This document shows, piece by piece, positions 17,879 to 27,890 of a stretch of DNA of 64,000 nucleotides. The notes beneath the pieces were generated by a model that was not told the origin of the DNA, ran no database searches, and worked only from the letters and a program-made list of their open reading frames with translations. The position numbers were made by a program, and so were the translations under genes. This stretch comes from Spirochaetia bacterium (GTDB lineage: Bacteria; Spirochaetota; Spirochaetia; SZUA-6; Bin103), in contig CBDATQ010000001.1 in NCBI GenBank assembly GCA_965199955.1, positions 1,376,001 to 1,440,000 of the forward strand, given 5' to 3'. How positions within the stretch are numbered: position 1 is the stretch's first letter; the number at the start of each line of letters is the position of its first letter.

Positions 17879-18754
17879 GTGAACCCGACGCCGGCCGTGC
17901 CCCGCTTCGACAACGAGGAGATCGTCCACGTTCCGGGGGTGGACCACCCCGAGTCGCTGGCGGTCGGCCCGCGCGGGGAGCTGTACACCACCGGCACCGG
18001 CTGCCAAGTGTACCGGGTCGACGTTGCGAGCAACCGCGCCGAGCAGTTCGCCGCCACCGCCAACCGCTGTCTGGGCCAGGCGGTCGATGCCGCCGGCAAC
18101 CTGTACTGCGCCGAGACCGGCCTCGGCGCCGTGGTCAGGATCACGCCGGAGGGGTCGGTCTCCACCTACGCCACAGGACCTGCGGGCCGCCCCTTTCTCT
18201 GCGCCAACTACCCGGCCTTCGACCGCCGTGGCGCCGTGTACCTGTCCGACAGCGGCGACTGGTCGGGCGCCGTCAACGGTCGGCTCTACAAGATCGAGCC
18301 CGGCGGCGGCGCCGCGCGCCTCTGGTACCCGGACGCGGTCGACACGCCCAACGCCATCGCCCTGGACGCCGCCGAGCGCTACCTGTACGTGGTGGAGACC
18401 TTCGGCGCCGGCATCGCCCGCGTGGCGATCGCCGACGACGGTTCCGCCGGGGGTTTCGAGCGCGTGCTGCACATGCCGCGCCACGTGCCGGACGGCATCG
18501 CTTTCGACGAGCATGGCCGGCTGTGGATCGCCTGCCACCGCCCGGACGCCATCTACGTGTTCGATCTGGACAGCCGCCGCCTGGAGCTGTTCGCCGAGGA
18601 CTGGATGGGAGAGGCGCTGCGCGGCCCGACCGACGTCGCCTTCGCCGGCCCCGAACGTGACATCCTGTTCGCCGCCTCCCTGGACAACCTGGTCATCCAC
18701 CGCTTCGACGGCGTCGGCGTGCGCGGGCTCCCGCTCAACCACCCGGCCCTCTGA
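17879..18754 (+). CDS. SMP-30/gluconolactonase family protein
   Basis: DHPES, PNAIALD, VPDGIAFDEHGRLWIA, PTDVAFAG. Confidence 0.9.
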   Translation: MNPTPAVPRFDNEEIVHVPGVDHPESLAVGPRGELYTTGTGCQVYRVDVASNRAEQFAATANRCLGQAVDAAGNLYCAETGLGAVVRITPEGSVSTYATGPAGRPFLCANYPAFDRRGAVYLSDSGDWSGAVNGRLYKIEPGGGAARLWYPDAVDTPNAIALDAAERYLYVVETFGAGIARVAIADDGSAGGFERVLHMPRHVPDGIAFDEHGRLWIACHRPDAIYVFDLDSRRLELFAEDWMGEALRGPTDVAFAGPERDILFAASLDNLVIHRFDGVGVRGLPLNHPAL

Positions 18755-18769
18755 GGCGCGGGTGCGCGG

Positions 18770-20884
18770 CTATTCGGCGAGGCGGTCGCGGGTGGTGCGC
18801 AGGAAGCGGATGCAGTACTCGTTGATGCTGGCGATGGCGCCGCGGTCGGAGTTGTCGGCGGCGACAGAGGCGTACGCCTGCACCGCCGCGGTGAGGTGGG
18901 CGAGGGCGGCGCTCAGGCCGGCCAGTGCGTCGTCATGGCGGCCCGCGGCTGCGGCGATGCCCGCCTCGCGGGTGGCTGCCACCGCATCCAGATAGCCCAC
19001 CGCGAAGCGAAGCCGCTCCGCGTGGTAGCGCGCGAACGGCGCCCCCGCCGGCCGCGCCACGGCGATCGCTTCACCGACCCGCGCCAATGCAGCGGCATAG
19101 CGCTCGCGCACGTCGTGCAGATCCGCCGACAGCGGCTCGCCCGCCTGCCAGTGCTTCTCCATCATCCCCGGCACCGGGAAGGAGAACCCCATGCCGTGAC
19201 GGTCCAGGTCGTCGGTGATCGCATCGACCTGCTGCCAGGCCGTCACCAAGGGCGCTGCCGCCGCCTCGCCGCAGACGCCCGCGGCCAGCTCCCGGTACGC
19301 CGCCACCGGCGTGCAGTCGGCGTCCCAGCAGGAGCGCGCCATGTAGCGCATCGTCGGGTCCAGGTCGCCGATCATCCAGTGGCGGGTGCTGAACCCGCTC
19401 CAGCCGTCCGTGCGCATGCGCGTGGCGATGGTGTGCAGCGGCCTGGTGGCAAGCTGCGGCAGGACGCCCACGTTGTCGTCGGCCAGCGTGAAGATGAACC
19501 GGCTCGGCATCGCGTCGGGCACGGCGTTGTCCATCACCTCGATGTGGTCCGCGGCGCGCCGCGCCGTGTAGTCGATGAACGCAACCACGCCCGCGCCGGG
19601 CGGCGCGATGCGCGGCAGGATCGGCAGCAGCTCCTCGGCCGGCTGGCCGTACAGGATGCGCGCAGGCGTCGCGTGGCCGGGGCGCTCCAGCACGCTGCGG
19701 TCCTCCAGCACGCAGTCGATCAGCCGCAGCATGGCGATGTCGCCGAGCACCCGTGACTCCTGGCGGCCGGATCCGCCGTGCACGTCGGTGCGGCGCCGCG
19801 CGTTCGCCAGCGCCTGATCCAGCGTCAGGACCTCGGAGATGGCGTACTTTTCGTCCAGGCTGCGCCACGCGTCCTCGGCGCTGTCCAGCCATTCGCGGTG
19901 CTCGGGAAAGCCCAGGAACAGGCGCTCGACGCCGGGGTAGGTATGTAGGTGGGCCGAGATCTTGGTGCGCGCCAGGTCGACGAGGAGGGGGTCATCGGGA
20001 GCCTGGTCGCTGCCCGGGACGCAGGTCTTCTCGGCGAGCTGGCGAGCCACGTGCGCCCCCGGAATGACCGGCATGAACTCCCGCGGATACTCGAGCAGCG
20101 ACAGCGACATGCTGCTGCCGATGCCGCGGGCGGCTGCGTGCTCGATGATCCCCGTGGCGAGGCGGCGGGCGGCGGCGTGGCGTTCGTGGTAGTCGTCGAT
20201 CCCGGCCAAGTCGGGGTTCTCGAACTTGTCCGCCCCGCCGAACAATTCGCGTCCCACGGTATGCTCGTCCACCGGGTAGCGGAACCCGAACCACGAGCAG
20301 CCGGTGCTCTTGGCCACGCCGCGGAACTCGTAGTGGACGAACGACTGCCACGGCCACAGCGACAGCAGGATCTCGTTGAAGGCGTTCTTGGCGAGCTGGT
20401 CGATGAAGCGCCGGTTCTCGGCGAGTCCCCACGACTCGGGGCCGCAGACGAAGTCGTTGATCAGGCGCCAGCAGCGCGTGTCCAGACTCGGGGCGCAGAT
20501 GCGGTCGGCGTCGGGCAGACGCAACGGCCCGGGATCGTCGGGCAACAGGTCTCCGCTCAACAGGAACTGCACGCCCCAGCCGCGCACCAGCTCGTACACC
20601 GCCCACAGGGTGGAGGCCGGGCTGCCGCCGGCGGCCAGCAGGTGATCGCCTCCCCCCGCGCGCGTGAAGCGCCGCAGGGTGTAGGTCTGCGGGTCGTCCG
20701 GCGCCGCCATGCCGGTGCCGTCCGCGTCGAGCCATACGCTCGCGCGTGCCACCTCTTCCGGCGGGCGGGGGTTGACCGATGCGTCAATGCCGAACAGGTC
20801 GCGGGCGTAGCGCGCCAGCTCGGCGGCGGCGAATGCCGTGATGGGTTCGGGATTCGGACCGGTCACGATCTGCAGGTCGGTCAT
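18770..20884 (-). CDS. Hypothetical glycoside-hydrolase-like protein with GH20/GH67-type N-terminal domain
   Basis: FAAAELARY, QTYTLRR, GGSPASTLWAVYELV; GGAGGTG RBS before ATG 20884. Confidence 0.65.
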   Translation of the reverse strand: MTDLQIVTGPNPEPITAFAAAELARYARDLFGIDASVNPRPPEEVARASVWLDADGTGMAAPDDPQTYTLRRFTRAGGGDHLLAAGGSPASTLWAVYELVRGWGVQFLLSGDLLPDDPGPLRLPDADRICAPSLDTRCWRLINDFVCGPESWGLAENRRFIDQLAKNAFNEILLSLWPWQSFVHYEFRGVAKSTGCSWFGFRYPVDEHTVGRELFGGADKFENPDLAGIDDYHERHAAARRLATGIIEHAAARGIGSSMSLSLLEYPREFMPVIPGAHVARQLAEKTCVPGSDQAPDDPLLVDLARTKISAHLHTYPGVERLFLGFPEHREWLDSAEDAWRSLDEKYAISEVLTLDQALANARRRTDVHGGSGRQESRVLGDIAMLRLIDCVLEDRSVLERPGHATPARILYGQPAEELLPILPRIAPPGAGVVAFIDYTARRAADHIEVMDNAVPDAMPSRFIFTLADDNVGVLPQLATRPLHTIATRMRTDGWSGFSTRHWMIGDLDPTMRYMARSCWDADCTPVAAYRELAAGVCGEAAAAPLVTAWQQVDAITDDLDRHGMGFSFPVPGMMEKHWQAGEPLSADLHDVRERYAAALARVGEAIAVARPAGAPFARYHAERLRFAVGYLDAVAATREAGIAAAAGRHDDALAGLSAALAHLTAAVQAYASVAADNSDRGAIASINEYCIRFLRTTRDRLAE

Positions 20885-20918
20885 GGCATCACCTCCCGCG
20901 GGGGCTCTCTTGGCACAG

Positions 20919-21005
20919 ACTATACCCAACTGCAGTTGCGCGTACGTGATGGATGGGGCGGAGGGTGAGTCCGCGTGACGTCTTGTCACTATAGCGTCAC
21001 GTCAC
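20919..21005. promoter_or_regulatory. Divergent control region: minus-strand -10 TATAGT, 12-bp palindrome, GTCAC repeat cluster
   Basis: ACTATA 20919-20924; CAACTGCAGTTG 20927-20938; TTGTCAC-TATA-GCGTCAC 20983-21000. Confidence 0.55.
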
Positions 21006-21013
21006 TACGCTGG

Positions 21014-21408
21014 TTACTGGCGCGCCTGCGGCGAGACGGCTTCGTCTCCCTCGGCGCCAACCCGGTGAGCGAGGGAGTGCTGGTAACGCAGCCGTTGTTG
21101 TCGTGGGGGGACACCGTGGTGATCAACGCCGCGTGCCGCGGGCACGGCTTCCTGCGGGCCGAGATCCTGGATGAGGCGGGCGCGGTGATCCCCGGCTATG
21201 CCGCCGAGGAGTGCGAGCCGTTCCGCGGCGACGCCGTGGAGCACGTGCTGCGCTGGAACGGCCGCGCGGAGTTGCGCGGCCGGGCAGGGGCGGGACAGGG
21301 GGAAGGGGAGGCAGAGCGCCCCGCTTCCGGCGCATCCGCTTCCTGCTGCGCGACGCGGACCTGTACTCGTTTCGCCTGCGCGGCGGCGCCGGGTCCTTGT
21401 CGTGGTGA
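21014..21408 (+). pseudogene. Orphan 3' domain of a propeller-hydrolase gene, frameshifted in a G-rich tract
   Basis: LARLRRDGFVSL..LRAEILDEAGAVIPGY..LRWNG, then RIRFLLRDADLYSF in another frame; resembles the C-terminal domain of 2269..3639. Confidence 0.75.
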
Positions 21409-21487
21409 CGGAGCGCGTCGGATTGCCGACGTGGCGCCGATAAGACAGAATCCTTCGCGAGCGGCCCGCGCCCGAGGAGGATCGGCG

Positions 21488-22669
21488 ATGAATCGACCCA
21501 AGAGCAGTGATCAGCTTCCGGCCACGCCGTCGCGCGAGGACCTCGCGTGGCGTGACCATTGGGTGATGCAGCACGACGGCTCCGGAGGCCAGATCGGCCA
21601 CCCGGCGGCGTTCCGGTTCCTGCCATGGCACGGCGACCGCCCCGTGTTTCCGTGGGGCTTGGCGGTACTGGACAACGACAGATGGGCGGTGGCCGGCGTG
21701 GCCGGCTCCATGACGCTGGCGCAGACCAATCAGACCGTGATCGGCCTGAGCGAAGATCAGGGCGCGAGCTGGGACTACGTCGAGGTGCCCGGCTGCTCGA
21801 CCCGGCCGATGATGCTGTCCAACCTGGGCTCGGGCGTCATCAGCTTCATGTCGAGCTGGTCGGACGAGGGCAACTTCCGCTACTACAGCCACGACCACGG
21901 CGCCACCTGGGAGCGGGGCGACCGGCTGCCGGAGGCCCCCGACGGCACGCAGATGGACTGCGAGGGCAACGCCCTGATCGACCGCGACGCCGCCGGCAAC
22001 GCCACGGTGGTGGCGGAAACCGGGCAGACGGTGTCCAAGGGGCCGCTGCCGCAGAATCCTTGCTGCGGCTGCATCCGCTGGTCTCGCGACGGCGGCCGTA
22101 CCTGGGGACCGGTGAGCTGGCCTCAGGAGTGGGTCTGGTACGACGAGTGCGACCGCGAACGCGTGGAGCGCGGGGTAGGCGAGGGCGCCTTGGTACGCGC
22201 CGCCAACGGGTCCGTCGTCGCCGCCGTGCGCACCGACATGCCGGCGCAGTACATCCCCCTGCACTACGACAACTTCGAGGGCACCGCGGTGTCGATCAGC
22301 CACGACGAAGGCGCGACCTGGAGTCCGCTGGACTTCGTGTTCGGCCCCGGCCGCCATCACGTCACGCTGCTGCGGCTGCCCAACGACGACCTGGTGCTCA
22401 CCGTGATCCGCCGCCTCGACTTCGGAGCCGGCGACCTGGCCACCTACCGGCGCGGCTGCGACGCCGTCGTCAGCCACGACCACGGGGTCACCTGGGACGT
22501 CGAGCACCGCTACGTCGTGGACGACTTCGCCGCGCTCGGCACAGAAGAGTGGTACCACGTGGCGTGCGGCCACCAGTTCTCGGTCTCGGTGGGCGACGGC
22601 TCGGTCCTCAGCGCGTACGGCAACTACCGCAACGCCGGCGCCCTGGTCCGCTGGCGGCCGGCCGGATAG
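21488..22669 (+). CDS. Asp-box (BNR) sialidase-family protein
   Basis: SEDQGASW, SHDHGATW, SRDGGRTW, SHDEGATW, SHDHGVTW; GAGGAGG RBS. Confidence 0.88.
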   Translation: MNRPKSSDQLPATPSREDLAWRDHWVMQHDGSGGQIGHPAAFRFLPWHGDRPVFPWGLAVLDNDRWAVAGVAGSMTLAQTNQTVIGLSEDQGASWDYVEVPGCSTRPMMLSNLGSGVISFMSSWSDEGNFRYYSHDHGATWERGDRLPEAPDGTQMDCEGNALIDRDAAGNATVVAETGQTVSKGPLPQNPCCGCIRWSRDGGRTWGPVSWPQEWVWYDECDRERVERGVGEGALVRAANGSVVAAVRTDMPAQYIPLHYDNFEGTAVSISHDEGATWSPLDFVFGPGRHHVTLLRLPNDDLVLTVIRRLDFGAGDLATYRRGCDAVVSHDHGVTWDVEHRYVVDDFAALGTEEWYHVACGHQFSVSVGDGSVLSAYGNYRNAGALVRWRPAG

Positions 22670-22670
22670 C

Positions 22671-23084
22671 TCAGTACGTCCGACGGCGCCAGGGGACCGC
22701 GATCGCAGTCGCCACCAGAATCACGCCCAGGCCCCCCTGCAGCAGGTCCACGAGCCGGAACGCGTCGATGAAGCGGTCGCCGAGAGAGCGTGCCACAGGG
22801 AGGTAGACCAGCAGCCGGGCCGGCAGGTAGGCGAGGACTGCCAGTCCCTCCCAGAGCGTCACCTTCAGCACGGCCGTGCGCAGCCGGCCCTCCCGCGCCG
22901 CCCGGCTGTACGCGAACCAGATCGTGAGGACGGCGATCAGCTCGCCGAGCCCCAGCAGATAGGTCGCCACCGACGCGAACAGCGCGCGCGCGCCGGTCCA
23001 CAGCTCGACGCCGGTGGCGGCCAAGTCCAGGAACTGCAGGAAGATCACTCCGGACACCACGATGGAGAGTAGCGCCGCGGCCAT
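22671..23084 (-). CDS. Hypothetical membrane protein (about 4 TM)
   Basis: Four hydrophobic stretches; fills the gap downstream of the co-oriented 23155..24414. Confidence 0.6.
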   Translation of the reverse strand: MAAALLSIVVSGVIFLQFLDLAATGVELWTGARALFASVATYLLGLGELIAVLTIWFAYSRAAREGRLRTAVLKVTLWEGLAVLAYLPARLLVYLPVARSLGDRFIDAFRLVDLLQGGLGVILVATAIAVPWRRRTY

Positions 23085-23154
23085 TCGTGCCGCTGTCTGC
23101 CGGGGCGATGGCTTGTTGCGGCGGCCTGGCGCCCGGCCGCTCGGTCGGCGGTCG

Positions 23155-24414
23155 TCAGCCGTAGAACCAGTCCAGCGGATAGCTGCGGATCACCGACTCC
23201 CGCGGCTTGCCGGCCTCGTCCCTGCCGCGTTCGCCCAGAGTGTTTGCCTGCCGCGCCGTGGGACCGGAGTCGACCCACGAACGGTGGTAGATCAGGAATA
23301 CCCGGTCGCCGGCAAAGCACACGTTGGGGTAGTCGAAGGTGGCGAAGTCGTCCGGCAGCGTGCCGACGTCCGGCAGCCCGATCACGGGGATGATCGGGGA
23401 CTCCGGGGCGATCTGGTCCACGTCCGCCAGGCCGGCTGACACCTCGATGGTCCTGAATTGCTCCCAGGACTCGCCCGAATCGCGCGAGATCGCACACGAC
23501 AGCCGGCCGCGTCGGTAGCCGCGGCGGATCTCCTCGCGCGACACCTGGTTCCAGACGCAGATCAGGTCGCCGGTGGCGGGGATGCGGCGCAGGCGCGGCG
23601 GCGAGTAGGAGGCGGCCAGCTCGGTCGGCCGCACCGCCGTCCAGCGTTCGCCGCCGTCGCTCGAGTAGCTGGCGACGATGCGGCCCACCGTGGACCGCGC
23701 GAAGAACAGCAGGCGGCCGTCGGCCGTCTCGGCCACGCTCGGCTCGTCGCAGGCGGTCACGCCGCCGTAGCCATTGGCGATCCCGTGCTCGTCGAACCAC
23801 CCCATGAGCGGCTGCGCGCGCTGCCACGTGCGCCCCCCGTCCTCTGACCGGCTCACCGCGGCGATATCGATCTCCGGGTAGTGGTAGTGGCCGGAGACCT
23901 GCAGCCGGAGCCCCTTCCACGTGCCCCAGGTGCTGATCTTGCGGTACTCCAGGCCCGGGTGGTCGTCGTTGCCGTAGCACTCGCGGCTGGGCAGCACCAG
24001 CATGCCGTCGCCGGTCTCGATGAGCGCGTCGTGGTACGGCGTCCCCAGCGCATCGACAAAGGAGTGCTGCCGCCACGTGCGGCCGTCGTCCTCCGACAGC
24101 ATCAGCCGGAAGCGCTGCTGGTCATCGTGGTAGAGCAGCGCGAGCGGCCCGGACTGCAGCCGGATGCACCCGAATCCGTACCAGCGGCCCACGTCCGGCA
24201 GCTCCAGCTCCTGAGGCTCCCCCCAGGTGGCGCCGCCGTCGCGGGAGCGCAGCAGCCGGCCGCCGGCCAGCACACCCAGGGCGCCGTCGCGGAGCGGCAC
24301 CAGCGCGCTCGCCTCGCCGACCGTGACGCCGCTCGCCTCGATCACGCCTTCCGGCACCGGCTTGCGGAACTCCGGCCGCCCCGGCTGATGCTCCTGGGAT
24401 CCCGAGTCGCTCAT
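23155..24414 (-). CDS. Asp-box (BNR) sialidase-family protein
   Basis: SRDGGATW, SEDDGRTW, SEDGGRTW, SSDGGERW, SRDSGESW, CDEP, FDYP; GAGGAGG RBS. Confidence 0.9.
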   Translation of the reverse strand: MSDSGSQEHQPGRPEFRKPVPEGVIEASGVTVGEASALVPLRDGALGVLAGGRLLRSRDGGATWGEPQELELPDVGRWYGFGCIRLQSGPLALLYHDDQQRFRLMLSEDDGRTWRQHSFVDALGTPYHDALIETGDGMLVLPSRECYGNDDHPGLEYRKISTWGTWKGLRLQVSGHYHYPEIDIAAVSRSEDGGRTWQRAQPLMGWFDEHGIANGYGGVTACDEPSVAETADGRLLFFARSTVGRIVASYSSDGGERWTAVRPTELAASYSPPRLRRIPATGDLICVWNQVSREEIRRGYRRGRLSCAISRDSGESWEQFRTIEVSAGLADVDQIAPESPIIPVIGLPDVGTLPDDFATFDYPNVCFAGDRVFLIYHRSWVDSGPTARQANTLGERGRDEAGKPRESVIRSYPLDWFYG

Positions 24415-24569
24415 GCGAACCTCCTCGCTGGCCGGATTGCCCGCGGCGGCGCCGGCCGGCCGCTCCCGATTCTATCACCGGAGCGACTCGGCTCCGCGAG
24501 GAAGGTTGAACAGCGGGCCGCGCTGGGCGACACTGGCGCAAGCCGGCACCGGCGGGCGGACACACCCCG

Positions 24570-25562
24570 ATGGTCACTTTCATCATCCGGAGAATCGCTA
24601 CCGTCATCCCGACCCTGCTCATGATCTCGATGCTGGTGTTCGGGGCGATCGAGCTGGTCCCGGGCACGTTCGTTGACATCCTGATCGCGCAGCAGATCGC
24701 GGACACCGGCGAGGCGGAATTGAGCGAGGGCCAGATCCGGCTGCTGGAACGGCAGTACGGTTACGGCAAGCCGATCTACGTGCGCTGGTGGAAGTGGTTC
24801 AGCCGTTTCGTGCAGGGAGACTTCGGCCGCTCCTACGCCTACGGCCACCGGCCCGTGGCGCAGCTCATCACCGAGCGCATGGCGCTCACCGTCCTCCTCT
24901 CCCTGTGCAGCATCGTCTTCTCCTACTTGGTGGCTCTGCCGATCGGGATCTATTCGGCGGTGCGCCAGTACACGTTGGGCGACAACGTCTTCACGGTGAT
25001 CAGCTTCCTCGGCCTGAGCATCCCCAACTTCCTGCTCGCCCTGATACTGATCGTGATCAGCTTCTTCCAGTTCAATCAGATCCCGGGCGGGTTGTTCTCG
25101 TCCGAGTACGCCGCCGCTCCCTGGAGCCTGGGCAAGGTGCTCGACCTGCTGGCGCACCTGTGGGTGCCGGTGGTGGTGCTCGGCACCGCGGGGATGGCCA
25201 GCACCATGCGCATACTGCGCGGCAACCTGCTGGACCAGTTGCGCCGCCCGTACGTGGACACCGCCCGCGCCAAGGGGCTGCGCGAGCGCATCGTGGTGCT
25301 CAAGTACCCGCTGCGGATCGCTCTCAACCCGTTCATCACCGGCATCGGCTTCGCGTTTCCGGCGGTGGTCGGCGGCGAGCTGATCGTGTCGATCGTGCTC
25401 AACCTGCCGACCACGGGACCGCTGTTGTTCGACGCGGTGAAGCACCACGACGCGTTCCTGGCCGGCGCCATGGTGATGCTGCTCTCCACCCTGCTGGTGG
25501 TGGGCAACCTGGTGGCGGACCTGACGCTGGCGTGGGTGGACCCGCGCATCAGGTACGAGTGA
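24570..25562 (+). CDS. Opp/Dpp-type ABC permease (OppB-like)
   Basis: GDFGRS, YVDTARAKGL, DPRIRYE. Confidence 0.95.
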   Translation: MVTFIIRRIATVIPTLLMISMLVFGAIELVPGTFVDILIAQQIADTGEAELSEGQIRLLERQYGYGKPIYVRWWKWFSRFVQGDFGRSYAYGHRPVAQLITERMALTVLLSLCSIVFSYLVALPIGIYSAVRQYTLGDNVFTVISFLGLSIPNFLLALILIVISFFQFNQIPGGLFSSEYAAAPWSLGKVLDLLAHLWVPVVVLGTAGMASTMRILRGNLLDQLRRPYVDTARAKGLRERIVVLKYPLRIALNPFITGIGFAFPAVVGGELIVSIVLNLPTTGPLLFDAVKHHDAFLAGAMVMLLSTLLVVGNLVADLTLAWVDPRIRYE

Positions 25563-26701
25563 TGAGCGCGGCCGAGGCGGGCGTGGCTGCCGGACACGGC
25601 GGCGACCCGCCGATCAAGGGACGGAGCATCGGCTCCATCATGCGCCTCAAGTACCGCCGCAACCGGCTGGCCATGATCGGCCTGTGGACGCTGATCGTGC
25701 TGTACGCGCTCACCATGCTGTGCGAGTTCTTCGCACCCTACACCCTGGACGACAACGCCAAGGGCTTCGAGAACCACCCGCCCACGCGCATCCGTTTCTT
25801 CGACCTCGACGGGCGGTTCCACCTGCATCCGTTCGTCTACGGCACCACCCGCACCCTGGACATGACCACCTTCAAGACGCACTGGACGCCCAACCCCGAC
25901 GAGCGGTTTCCCGTCCACCTGTTCGTGCGCGGGGCCAGCGACTATCCGGTGCTGGGGTTCCTGCCGTTCCGCTCGAGCGTGCGCTTCTTCGGCGTCAAGG
26001 AGGGGCGGATGTTCCTGTTCGGTACCGACAAGTGGGGCCGCGACATGCTCTCGCGCATCCTCTACGGCGGCCGCGTGTCGCTGACCATCGGCTGGGCCGG
26101 GGTGATGATCAGCCTGGTCCTGGGCATCCTCATCGGCGCGCTGTCCGGCTACTTCGCTGGGGCGGTGGACCTTGTGGTGCAGCGCGTGATCGAGGTGTTG
26201 ATCTCGGTGCCCTCGCTGCCGCTGTGGATCCTGCTGGCCTCCGCGCTGCCCAAGGAGTGGACCCCGCTGCAGGTCTACTTCGGCCTCGTCGTGATCCTGT
26301 CGTTCATCGGCTGGACCGGGCTGGCACGGGTGGTGCGCGGCATGATCCTCTCGCACCGCGAGACCCAGTACATCCTGGCGGCGCGCAACATCGGCGCCGG
26401 CACCGGGCGCATCATGGCGCTGCACCTGGTCCCGAACATCTCCAGCTACCTGCTGGTGAACCTCACCCTGGCCATCCCCGGCATGATCCTGGCCGAGACC
26501 AGCCTGAGCTTCCTGGGGTTGGGCATCCGCTCACCCATGACGAGCTGGGGTGTCATGCTGGAAGAGGCTCAGAACGTCAACAACCTGGTCAACAACCCCT
26601 GGTACCTGATCCCGGCGCTGTTCGTGGTGGCGGCGATCCTGGCGTTCAACTTCGTCGGCGACGGCCTGCGCGACGCCGCCGACCCCTTCAGCAGCAACTG
26701 A
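25562..26701 (+). CDS. Opp/Dpp-type ABC permease (OppC-like)
   Basis: FGTDKWGRDMLSRILYGGRVSL, ETSLSFLGLG, GDGLRDAADP; ATG overlaps the oppB stop. Confidence 0.95.
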   Translation: MSAAEAGVAAGHGGDPPIKGRSIGSIMRLKYRRNRLAMIGLWTLIVLYALTMLCEFFAPYTLDDNAKGFENHPPTRIRFFDLDGRFHLHPFVYGTTRTLDMTTFKTHWTPNPDERFPVHLFVRGASDYPVLGFLPFRSSVRFFGVKEGRMFLFGTDKWGRDMLSRILYGGRVSLTIGWAGVMISLVLGILIGALSGYFAGAVDLVVQRVIEVLISVPSLPLWILLASALPKEWTPLQVYFGLVVILSFIGWTGLARVVRGMILSHRETQYILAARNIGAGTGRIMALHLVPNISSYLLVNLTLAIPGMILAETSLSFLGLGIRSPMTSWGVMLEEAQNVNNLVNNPWYLIPALFVVAAILAFNFVGDGLRDAADPFSSN

Positions 26702-26719
26702 ACGCCGGGCTCGGGCCGA

Positions 26720-27809
26720 TCAGTCGTAGCCGGCCCACGGCGTGGCGGCTTCCGCCGCGCTCTGCTCGCGTCCGGTCACGTCACCGCCGAGCCACCGGTA
26801 GGGGCGTGGGCGCAGGGTGAAGGTGCGATCGGCCAGCGGCAGCGCGACCGGTACCGAACCGCCGGCGGCGGACTGCTTGGCGGCGATCGCAACCTCCAGC
26901 GCCTGGCGCAGGTCGTGCCCGGAGATCCACAGCTCGCTGCCGGTACGGACCGCGTCCAGAAAGGAGCCGATGGAGGTGCCGAGGTAGCCGAACCGCGGAT
27001 AGGCGGCCGGCGTGAAGGGGCGGTCCAGTGGGAGGCGGCGGCCGGACGCGTCGCGGCCGGCATACACCGTGGTAGCTTCCCAGTCCCAGCGGATCAGCGT
27101 CCGCTCCGTCCACACGTCCACCCCTTTCTGCGGCGTCTCCGCGCCGAATACCGGCACTGTCAGGCCGTCGCTCATCGTGAAGCGGCCGTTGATGATCAGT
27201 CCTTCCTCGTCCTCGCCCGTCGGCCAGCTTGTGCTCAGGCGTGCCCCACGCCACCACCTCGGCGACCTCCGTGCCCGTGAGCAGCCGCAGCACCGAAATG
27301 TGCTGGCAGCCGCCGCCGGAGATCTCGCCGCCGCTTCCCCAGCGGTGAACGGCCGCTCCGGTGACCGGACCGAACTCGCCGGCGTGGAGCCATGCTGCCG
27401 CTTCCTGCACGTCGGCGCGGGCACGCTGCAGGTTGCCGCCGCCGAACACGATGCCGGCGTCACGGCAGGCGTCCACCATGGTGTCGGCGTCGGCCAGGGT
27501 GGCGGCGATCGGCTTGTCGGTGGTGACCCCGCGCACGCCGGCGGCGACGGCCGCAAGCACCGCGTCCTTGATGTAGCGCACCGGCAGCACCAGAGCCGCC
27601 ACGTCCGGCACCACCTCCGCGAACAGCGAGCGCGCGTCGGCGAACAGCCGGGTCACGCCGAAGCGCTCCCCCACCACCCGGCGCCGCTCCGGGTTGGCCT
27701 CGGCGATGGCGACCAGCGTCGTGTCGGGGCGGGCGGCGTACACGGCCGCGTAATGCTGCCCCAGGCGGCCGCAGCCGATCACGGCAACGGTAAGCGAGTC
27801 AGATCCCAT
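26720..27809 (-). CDS. Gfo/Idh/MocA oxidoreductase, frameshifted at ~27217
   Basis: VIGCGRLG, DKPIA, GGCQH, continuing as GEDEEGLIINGRF..RQALEVAIA in another frame; one extra G in GACGGGCGAG. Confidence 0.85.
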
Positions 27810-27890
27810 GGGCGGCGATCATACCGCGCGGCGCAGGGGCGCGCCGACGAGGCGTCGATCGGCTACCGTACCAATCAGGAAGGCAGAGCG

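Noticed and set aside
20975..22669. 564-aa ORF as one protein
   Set aside because: A gene remnant reading into a separate gene that has its own GAGGAGG RBS and ATG at 21488
640..27220. Programmed ribosomal frameshifting at the split genes
   Set aside because: No slippery heptamer or stimulatory structure seen; simple indels explain them
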